Below, in pieces: positions 58,325 through 64,000 of a stretch of DNA of 64,000 nucleotides. Origin of the DNA: a virus (lineage: Duplodnaviria; Caudoviricetes). The first letter of the stretch is position 1. Each line of letters opens with the position of its first letter. The translations under genes and the position numbers were made by a program. The stretch spans positions 28,525-92,524 of the IMG/VR virus record IMGVR_UViG_3300030330_004405. One strand, given 5' to 3'. The notes beneath the pieces were generated by a model. It did no database searches. It was not told the DNA's origin and worked only from the letters and a program-made list of their open reading frames with translations.

Positions 58325-58401
58325 GCGCCAGTAGCTCAGTTGGATAGAGCATCGGCCTTCTAAGCCGAGGGTCATAGGTTCGAGTCCTATCTGGCGTGCC
58401 A
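58325..58401 (+). tRNA. tRNA-Arg(TCT)
   Basis: TCGGC-CTTCTAA-GCCGA; CCA; promoter TTGACA(58288)-17-TATAAT. Confidence 0.95.
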
Positions 58402-58404
58402 TAT

Positions 58405-58480
58405 GCGGGCGTAACTCAGTGGTAAGAGTAGTCGTCTTATATGCGATTGGTCGCTGGTTCAAATCCAGCCGCCCGTACCA
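58405..58480 (+). tRNA. tRNA-Ile(TAT)
   Basis: GTCGT-CTTATAT-GCGAT; acceptor GCGGGCG/CGCCCGT; GGTTCAAATCC; CCA. Confidence 0.85.
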
Positions 58481-58504
58481 TTCACAACTAACAAAGGAAA
58501 CAAA

Positions 58505-58690
58505 ATGTCATATCACGATGGAATACCCCCGCAATACAGCACCACTGGAATAGGAGTTGTTAACCCACTCAGGCAGATCGAGAGAAAGCTAAAAAAGATT
58601 CAAGACGTTCTTGATGATATTTCAGAAGGCTCTGCTCTTTCGGCTAATGAACTTAAAGCACAGTTGTTGAAAGTGATTGACGATGGTTAA
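58505..58690 (+). CDS. Hypothetical protein
   Basis: RBS AAGGA. Confidence 0.5.
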   Translation: MSYHDGIPPQYSTTGIGVVNPLRQIERKLKKIQDVLDDISEGSALSANELKAQLLKVIDDG

Positions 58691-58892
58691 GGTTGGCTCG
58701 CTTGTGAGATATATCCCCAGTGCGTCAGCAACATTCAAGTGGGAAGAGTATGTCAAGACTGAGGGGCGCGATCCGGGCATTGTTTTGCGAGAGATTGATG
58801 AAAAGGGCACGACCACCAGACGGTTTGAAGTCAGGTGGCAGAATGGTAAAGTAACAGAAGAATGGATTTCATTTTTGGAGGTTTTTGAATGA
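58683..58892 (+). CDS. MKVGDLV-family mini-protein
   Basis: VKVGSLVRY...GIVL...VRW...FLEV. Confidence 0.65.
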   Translation: MVKVGSLVRYIPSASATFKWEEYVKTEGRDPGIVLREIDEKGTTTRRFEVRWQNGKVTEEWISFLEVFE

Positions 58893-59155
58893 ACATGTTA
58901 ACCACATTTGTTTTGATGGGAGTTATTGACTCGCACGACGGAGTTTTTGCTACGGTTGAACTAAATACTAATCCAGCATCCAACGGAGGACCGGCAACAG
59001 CAGTTATGCCGGTGACAGCTTTTCCGTGTGAGATCAGAGAAGGTAAAGTATTTTTTGTAGTAAAGATGCACGAAGATCAGGATGCTGAGATCATTTGCCA
59101 AGAGGAAGAAAAGAATGAAAACCAACCAGACCCCCCTGACTCGTGCATGCATTGA
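58889..59155 (+). CDS. Hypothetical protein
   Basis: ATGA overlap; SD GGAGG lies inside the previous gene's LEV codons. Confidence 0.55.
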   Translation: MNMLTTFVLMGVIDSHDGVFATVELNTNPASNGGPATAVMPVTAFPCEIREGKVFFVVKMHEDQDAEIICQEEEKNENQPDPPDSCMH

Positions 59156-59294
59156 ATCTCACTTGAGAATGATAGCATATCATAGAAGGCAAATCATTGA
59201 ACTATCACGACGAGATATTGATGAGTCTGATGTTTGTATGGAGTGTTTTGATTTTGAGATTATAAATGAAAGTGGGCGATCTCGTAAGGATTAG
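59115..59294 (+). CDS. Hypothetical protein
   Basis: Short ORF with RBS GAGG. Confidence 0.4.
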   Translation: MKTNQTPLTRACIESHLRMIAYHRRQIIELSRRDIDESDVCMECFDFEIINESGRSRKD

Positions 59295-59451
59295 GCACGA
59301 TGAGCATCTTTGGCTTGGTCACGGTATCATTCTAGAACTACGTGGCAGAGACAGACCCCATTATGCAAAAGTTAGATGGTTTGATCAGTGGGATGAGCAA
59401 GAGTTTGAGTGGGAAGTTATTTCTGCGTTGGAGGTTATAAGTGAATCATAA
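59266..59451 (+). CDS. MKVGDLV-family mini-protein
   Basis: MKVGDLVR...GIIL...VRW...LEVISES. Confidence 0.7.
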   Translation: MKVGDLVRIRHDEHLWLGHGIILELRGRDRPHYAKVRWFDQWDEQEFEWEVISALEVISES

Positions 59452-59465
59452 GGAGAGACAACATT

Positions 59466-59810
59466 ATGGCGGATAAAGTATATTATGATGAAAGTTGCTA
59501 CGTCTGTTCACTAGAGATTAATGCTGTGCGACGACGCGGAGAAGCCTGCGGTATCGAGTTCGTTGATATTAGTGCTGATGACTTTGATGGCAATGTAAAA
59601 GATTTCGAGAAAGAAATGATTGGCTGGTTCGATCAGAAAGCTACCAAAGGACCAGAGACTTTTAGGCTCATGTATGATAAGATGGGTTTTCATAAGTCTG
59701 TTTGGTTTTCTCGATTGCCTGTTATTCGCACGGTGTTCAACGCGGGCTATTATATTTTTGCTTATGGTATCCGCCCATGTCTACCGAGGAAAAAGAATGA
59801 AGGTAGGTGA
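59466..59810 (+). CDS. DCC1/DUF393-like thiol-disulfide oxidoreductase
   Basis: VYYDESCYVC (DxxCxxC), IEFVDIS, Y..FA..R. Confidence 0.75.
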   Translation: MADKVYYDESCYVCSLEINAVRRRGEACGIEFVDISADDFDGNVKDFEKEMIGWFDQKATKGPETFRLMYDKMGFHKSVWFSRLPVIRTVFNAGYYIFAYGIRPCLPRKKNEGR

Positions 59811-59982
59811 TCTAATATCATTCAAGCCGATTAACTTTGGATTAGAGGACTGGTCGAATCCGTCTATTGTTATGCACGAATACGAAAGCCCCAACGAAGG
59901 ACTATGGACTATTTGGTGTGATGGGGTGTTTTGCGTTATAGACGATGAAAACTATGAGATTGTGTACTTGACAAGTTCTTGA
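59797..59982 (+). CDS. MKVGDLV-family mini-protein
   Basis: MKVGDLISF. Confidence 0.6.
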   Translation: MKVGDLISFKPINFGLEDWSNPSIVMHEYESPNEGLWTIWCDGVFCVIDDENYEIVYLTSS

Positions 59983-60030
59983 CTTGACGGCGATTCTCAG
60001 CGGTGCTATATTATATTCATAGGAGCAAGC

Positions 60031-60123
60031 ATGGGTTTTGTAGTTGACACGTTGATGAAAGCAGTATTCATCTATATTGGTTATTATGGCTTTAGAGCAC
60101 TTGCTTGGATCGTGCTTCAATGA
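60031..60123 (+). CDS. 30-aa hydrophobic peptide
   Basis: First ORF after a promoter; RBS AGGAG; MGFVVDTLMKAVFIYIGYYGFRALAWIVLQ; ATGA overlap with the next gene. Confidence 0.55.
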   Translation: MGFVVDTLMKAVFIYIGYYGFRALAWIVLQ

Positions 60124-60329
60124 AGATTGGTGATTTGGTAAAATGGGAAAACGTCGACGTTTTCGAAAACGTCTTGAATGATAGTATGGATCACTATCGC
60201 ACGGACTATGGGGTTGTTATCAAGATGTCAAGAACAGGACACACAACACATTCGGCACAAGTTCTGTTCAACGATGGTGAGCTGGCTTGGTTCGACACAC
60301 AGCAACTTAGAGTTGTCAGCTCCCGTTGA
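60120..60329 (+). CDS. MKVGDLV-family mini-protein
   Basis: MKIGDLVKW...GVVI...LRVVS. Confidence 0.7.
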   Translation: MKIGDLVKWENVDVFENVLNDSMDHYRTDYGVVIKMSRTGHTTHSAQVLFNDGELAWFDTQQLRVVSSR

Positions 60330-60390
60330 CATTTCCTTGACTTGACTCTTGGTCCGGTCAGTGTTATCTTATAAATGTAAGGAGGAAGAA

Positions 60391-60594
60391 ATGGATTGGC
60401 CACAATGTTTTGAGTGCGGTGAAGAGTTCAACCCTAAGCGCAAGGCGCTGGGCTATGAGTATTGTTTGGAGTGTGGTGAGAACCACGCGCACGAAGTATC
60501 TGAGCGTATGAAGAAATGCACAGCACCACTTTATAACAAGGGTGCTTATCAATATGTAGGAAGCGTGCAAGATGCACGATGGGCAGGTAGATAA
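60391..60594 (+). CDS. C4 zinc-finger protein (DksA/TraR-like finger)
   Basis: CFECGEEFNPKRKALGYEYCLEC; RBS AGGAGG. Confidence 0.55.
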   Translation: MDWPQCFECGEEFNPKRKALGYEYCLECGENHAHEVSERMKKCTAPLYNKGAYQYVGSVQDARWAGR

Positions 60595-60935
60595 TGATGA
60601 AAGTTTGGGCTATGCAAGGAAACTATCAGGGTGAAATGTTTTCGTCGGTTCATCTTACACAGAAGGGTTGTGCGCTGGCGTGTATCGCTGATGTGTTAGA
60701 GTTCTTGGAAGTTGGCGATAAGGAAACCGCGCTTGACGCTATGAACAGCTATTACGCTTACACTGAGACTGATGGAGAGCAAACTGAACCATTTGAGTGG
60801 GACTTGGAAAAGATGAAGAGTATGAGCAGTGATGATCTTTGGAAGATTTTTTCTGACTGGACTAATCACTGTTGGGAGATGATGGCTGACCAAAGTTATA
60901 ACATTTACGGACGCCCAATGGAGGTTCAAGCATGA
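60594..60935 (+). CDS. Hypothetical protein
   Basis: TAATG coupling. Confidence 0.6.
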   Translation: MMKVWAMQGNYQGEMFSSVHLTQKGCALACIADVLEFLEVGDKETALDAMNSYYAYTETDGEQTEPFEWDLEKMKSMSSDDLWKIFSDWTNHCWEMMADQSYNIYGRPMEVQA

Positions 60936-61114
60936 AGAGAGGTAGTTTGGTCAGAAACCGACACGACGGACATCGAGGCATTGTGATGGAGGTTGGTCCG
61001 AAAGAGACACAAACCGATCATGGTAAACAATGCGCGCGTATCCAGTGGTTTGACGGATACGAAACTATTGAGTTCATTAAAGTATTGGAGGTGATTAGTG
61101 AATCTACAAGTTAA
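60932..61114 (+). CDS. MKVGDLV-family mini-protein
   Basis: MKRGSLVR...GIVM...IQW...LEVISE. Confidence 0.7.
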   Translation: MKRGSLVRNRHDGHRGIVMEVGPKETQTDHGKQCARIQWFDGYETIEFIKVLEVISESTS

Positions 61115-61201
61115 AGCTATGGAGTGTTTTATTGTTACAACGAGCACTTTTGGTATTATAGCTACGATCGCATATCTTTTGGCGACCGCTGGGGGTCTGA
61201 C

Positions 61202-61495
61202 GTGAAGGTTGGTGATCTGGTTACGCTTTCATCATACTGTCTGCAACGAGCAGACATGTATACATGGAGACAAAAGATTTGGTTTGATAAGAAGCCGTTA
61301 GTTGGTTTGGTTGTGAGGGTTGAGGACAACCCTTGGCAGAGTAAAAGAAAAGTTTCGGCTAACGAGAAAACATTTTACTATGTTAAGTGGGTACAAGAAG
61401 GTCCAGGCAGCCGCTACGGCAGAACTTATCACAAGACCGACGGCTATTTTCTCAGGAATGACTTAAAGTTTGTAAAGAAAGGAGATTTCAAATGA
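61202..61495 (+). CDS. MKVGDLV-family protein (longer variant)
   Basis: GTG start (M)KVGDLVTL...GLVV...VKW. Confidence 0.65.
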   Translation: MKVGDLVTLSSYCLQRADMYTWRQKIWFDKKPLVGLVVRVEDNPWQSKRKVSANEKTFYYVKWVQEGPGSRYGRTYHKTDGYFLRNDLKFVKKGDFK

Positions 61496-61839
61496 GTAAT
61501 GTAAATGAGTTTTTTAACGAAGTTGGGAGCCGCCGAAACAAGATGGTGGTTTGCGCATCCGGCTTCAAGATGAGTGTACAAGCTCACAATGGCGCGTACT
61601 GTTCGCCGGGTATAGACAACGCAGAAAAGTACACCCACGTTGAGATTGGTTTCCCAAGCCAAAAAGAAGAGTTGCTAATGGAATGGTGTGAGGAAGTTAA
61701 CAATCCGACTGAAACGGTCTACGGTTACGTTCCTGTACACGTTGTTAATACGGTGTTGGCAAAGCACGGCGGTATTGTCGAAGGTGAAGTGCCGCGCGGA
61801 GTTGCTCCGATTCCAGCAAAGTTTACCGCTGACATTTAG
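61492..61839 (+). CDS. Conserved phage hypothetical protein
   Basis: VCASGFKMSVQA...YCSP...VEIGFPS...VYGYVP. Confidence 0.65.
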   Translation: MSNVNEFFNEVGSRRNKMVVCASGFKMSVQAHNGAYCSPGIDNAEKYTHVEIGFPSQKEELLMEWCEEVNNPTETVYGYVPVHVVNTVLAKHGGIVEGEVPRGVAPIPAKFTADI

Positions 61840-61908
61840 TTGACAACTTTGGGTTGCATTATGTATCAGAAAGGGGTATATTATAAGAGTAGAGAGGAGT
61901 TCATACAC

Positions 61909-62283
61909 ATGGGTTATCGTTCAGAAGTTATCTTGGCAGTCGGACCAGAGGTTATGCCTCAGTTTATGGTCACAATGGCAAAGTCGCCACAAGCACGTGA
62001 GTTGTGTTGGGCAGACCACGATGAGATGATTAGAGACTACAACGACGAGAAGGGAGCGTTCCTATTCCGTTGGAGTGGTATCAAGTGGTACGATAGTTAC
62101 GAATGTGTAGCCGCCCTCCAAGATTTTTTGGATTGGTGTGAGAGCGAGCGGATTGAAGTCGAGGGCGAGGAAGTTGATGCGTGTGAGTTTTATCGCTTTA
62201 TCCGCATCGGTGAAGAGATGGACGACAATGAGGTCCAAGGGTGGGGATTTGATATTCACATCGAGAGAAACATAACGTATTAA
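61909..62283 (+). CDS. Conserved phage hypothetical protein
   Basis: MGYRSEV...KWY...FIRIGEE; RBS AGGAG. Confidence 0.65.
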   Translation: MGYRSEVILAVGPEVMPQFMVTMAKSPQARELCWADHDEMIRDYNDEKGAFLFRWSGIKWYDSYECVAALQDFLDWCESERIEVEGEEVDACEFYRFIRIGEEMDDNEVQGWGFDIHIERNITY

Positions 62284-62361
62284 CACCAGCCCGATCGCGC
62301 GATTTTTTCGCGCCATTTTTTCTCGACCTAAAAATCTTTTTAAGCAAACAAGGAAAGCACA

Positions 62362-62640
62362 ATGAAAATGACAATCGTTTTAGACTCGGAGGACCGTGAA
62401 GGCATCAACGACGCACTAAAGATGGTGCGTATCATGCATGAAAAGTATTCGGGAAACGTCACGTATCACAAAGAATCGTTCGGCAAGATTGAGTTCATCA
62501 AGCTGCTTCGCAAGTACATGCGTGAGTCCATCGAACACATGAAGAACGAAGACTCTGGACAAGTGCAAGACATTGATGACTTGCCAAACCTTCGCAACGC
62601 AAAGCGATTTGCTGACCGCATCTTTTCGGGTGAGCGATGA
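62362..62640 (+). CDS. Hypothetical protein
   Basis: RBS AAGGA; KIEFIKLLR...LRNAK. Confidence 0.55.
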   Translation: MKMTIVLDSEDREGINDALKMVRIMHEKYSGNVTYHKESFGKIEFIKLLRKYMRESIEHMKNEDSGQVQDIDDLPNLRNAKRFADRIFSGER

Positions 62641-62831
62641 GTACCCGACCAAAAATAGGCGATCTGGTGAAGATGCGAACCCATGAAACGGGATTGGTCG
62701 GCATAGTTGTCGATAAGCATCCGAAAATCCCAAGTGCGTCACCCTTACAGTTTGGTATTATGTGGACCGGAGGTTCAGGGAAGCTGGACTGGGAGCCGGA
62801 GGCTTGGCTGGAGGTAGTGAGCAGTGTTTAA
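62637..62831 (+). CDS. MKVGDLV-family mini-protein
   Basis: PKIGDLVK...GIVV...W...WLEVVS. Confidence 0.7.
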   Translation: MSTRPKIGDLVKMRTHETGLVGIVVDKHPKIPSASPLQFGIMWTGGSGKLDWEPEAWLEVVSSV

Positions 62832-63012
62832 GTTTATCACAAATCTACTAGTTAAGAGCAGGCAATCAAAGATTCGCAAACTCATAAGCCAGAAGCAAAC
62901 ACAAGCCGTACAACTGCAAAGAAACGGCAAACTGAGAGAATATGCCGAGGTTATGAAAGAGATTGATGACCTTGAAGATGAATACGAGGGTATAACTAAT
63001 GAGACTGTATAG
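62824..63012 (+). CDS. Small helical protein
   Basis: AVQLQRNGKLREYA. Confidence 0.5.
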   Translation: MFKFITNLLVKSRQSKIRKLISQKQTQAVQLQRNGKLREYAEVMKEIDDLEDEYEGITNETV

Positions 63013-63316
63013 ATGGGCTAAAGATAGGATAAGCCATAAGCTATCACACCTCAAGCTCGAAAACATCAAGCGCACACTCCGCGAGAATGGGCTCGCGCTC
63101 GTCGTTATCATTGTAGGCTGGGAAATCATCGAGGACGTTCTATTTCCGGCGCTCTTCGCGCTGCTCGGCAAGTACGTACACCCGGCTTTCTTTGCCGGTA
63201 TACCTGCGGCATGGCTTATCTGCCTTCACTGGTTAGCGGTTCCGATTCTATGGGGCTTGTGGGTAAAGATCAAAGGCACCGATGAAAAGATCGAGCATAG
63301 CTGCGACCATCATTGA
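62999..63316 (+). CDS. Membrane protein
   Basis: Two to three hydrophobic segments. Confidence 0.6.
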   Translation: MRLYRWAKDRISHKLSHLKLENIKRTLRENGLALVVIIVGWEIIEDVLFPALFALLGKYVHPAFFAGIPAAWLICLHWLAVPILWGLWVKIKGTDEKIEHSCDHH

Positions 63317-63396
63317 GCACTTGACACCTACTTGACAAGAAAAAACTTGCCGTAACCGCTTCGCGGTGTTATCTTATATGTATAAGGAGAAAAAAT

Positions 63397-63561
63397 ATGA
63401 CTAAAGTTGGAGATTTGGTTAGAGTTCGCACAAAACACCACGGCGACAAGCTGGGTGTTGTTGTCGAGGTGACGAAGGATGGCGTTTACGTCAAGCCACA
63501 AAAGCATCCGAACAACATCCTCGCGCTTCATCAAGATGTCAAAGTGTTGGTAAGTGTATGA
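63397..63561 (+). CDS. MKVGDLV-family mini-protein (54 aa, not in ORF track)
   Basis: MTKVGDLVRVR...GVVVEV; RBS AAGGAG. Confidence 0.7.
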   Translation: MTKVGDLVRVRTKHHGDKLGVVVEVTKDGVYVKPQKHPNNILALHQDVKVLVSV

Positions 63562-63719
63562 AAGTCGGTGATTTGGTACGACACAGGTTCTCTGAGTCTG
63601 GTATGCTTGGGATCGTGATCAAGAAGGGAGTTAGCGACAAGTGGTATATCTCTTGGAATGATGGGCGAAATAGCTGGACTGTTCGATCGTTGTTTGAGGC
63701 TGTTGATGAAGGTGGGTGA
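63558..63719 (+). CDS. MKVGDLV-family mini-protein (53 aa, not in ORF track)
   Basis: MKVGDLVRHR...GIVI...ISW. Confidence 0.7.
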   Translation: MKVGDLVRHRFSESGMLGIVIKKGVSDKWYISWNDGRNSWTVRSLFEAVDEGG

Positions 63720-63882
63720 TCTGGTGACGATGCCGGGTTGTCTTGGCTTCGGAACGCCAACCGGCATCATCGTCGAGACTAACCGGGGCAGACCCAATCG
63801 TGTTCAAGTTTATTGGTTTCGAGAGGCAGAGACATCATGGGAGCCAAAGAAATGGCTGGAGGTAGCTAGTGCAAGTAGGTGA
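63706..63882 (+). CDS. MKVGDLV-family mini-protein
   Basis: MKVGDLVTM...GIIV...VYW...WLEVAS. Confidence 0.7.
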   Translation: MKVGDLVTMPGCLGFGTPTGIIVETNRGRPNRVQVYWFREAETSWEPKKWLEVASASR

Positions 63883-64000
63883 CATTGTAAAACACAAGTA
63901 TGGAACACTGATGGGTTCCGGTATTATACTGTACCTGAGAGATTTGGGTCCGTCGAGAGGCTGGGCACGTATAGCGTGGACCGCCCATAATCAGACAAAG
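63869..64000 (+). CDS. MKVGDLV-family mini-protein (3'-truncated by the window)
   Basis: GTG start (M)QVGDIVKH...GIIL...IAW. Confidence 0.6.
   Translation, partial: MQVGDIVKHKYGTLMGSGIILYLRDLGPSRGWARIAWTAHNQTK

Noticed and set aside
62290-62330. GC inverted repeat GCGCGA-TTTTT-TCGCGC as a special element
   Set aside because: Single short copy followed by a T-run; most simply an ordinary terminator-like hairpin.
1-64000. Minus-strand and nested alternative-frame ORFs in the track
   Set aside because: All lie within better-supported plus-strand genes and lack RBS or motifs; they are shadow ORFs.
1-64000. Stop-codon reassignment as seen in some large phages
   Set aside because: Conserved genes are full length in code 11 and end with TAA, TAG or TGA; no suppressor tRNA is present.
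58683-64000. Diversity-generating retroelement or integron behind the mini-protein array
   Set aside because: No reverse transcriptase, integrase, near-identical TR/VR pair or attC-like palindromes seen in the window.

Overview
The window is a 64 kb, entirely plus-strand, gene-dense segment of a large lytic myovirus (T4-like contractile tail; jumbo-phage-type gene content), read in the standard genetic code. 1-12 kb is the tail module: sheath, tube, assembly chaperone with a probable frameshift, tape measure and baseplate. 12-37 kb covers replication and nucleotide metabolism: minimal family-A polymerase, degenerate tubulin/FtsZ-like protein, gp32-like SSB, RecA, 5'-3' exonuclease, DnaB-like helicase, class II RNR, dCMP deaminase, DnaE and IMPDH. 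It also holds an endolysin, GroES, ClpP, a J-domain protein and an AT-rich restriction-modification island. 37-53 kb has GroEL, a second ClpP, a PMM/cupin cassette and late-promoter-driven genes with LxE/W-x-x-[FY]-L-x-E N-termini (candidate head-packaged cargo). 53-64 kb is an early/accessory region with six tRNAs, a MYXO-CTERM-like surface protein (suggesting a Myxococcota/deltaproteobacterial host) and a large family of MKVGDLV mini-proteins. The most notable signals are twin gene-32-like RNA pseudoknots beside the SSB gene, an ACTAnTTA late promoter marking tagged cargo enzymes, 11-bp-phased TGACA boxes on early promoters, the MKVGDLV cassette array and the phage-borne MYXO-CTERM protein. 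All functional calls come from motif recognition by eye; no searches were run.
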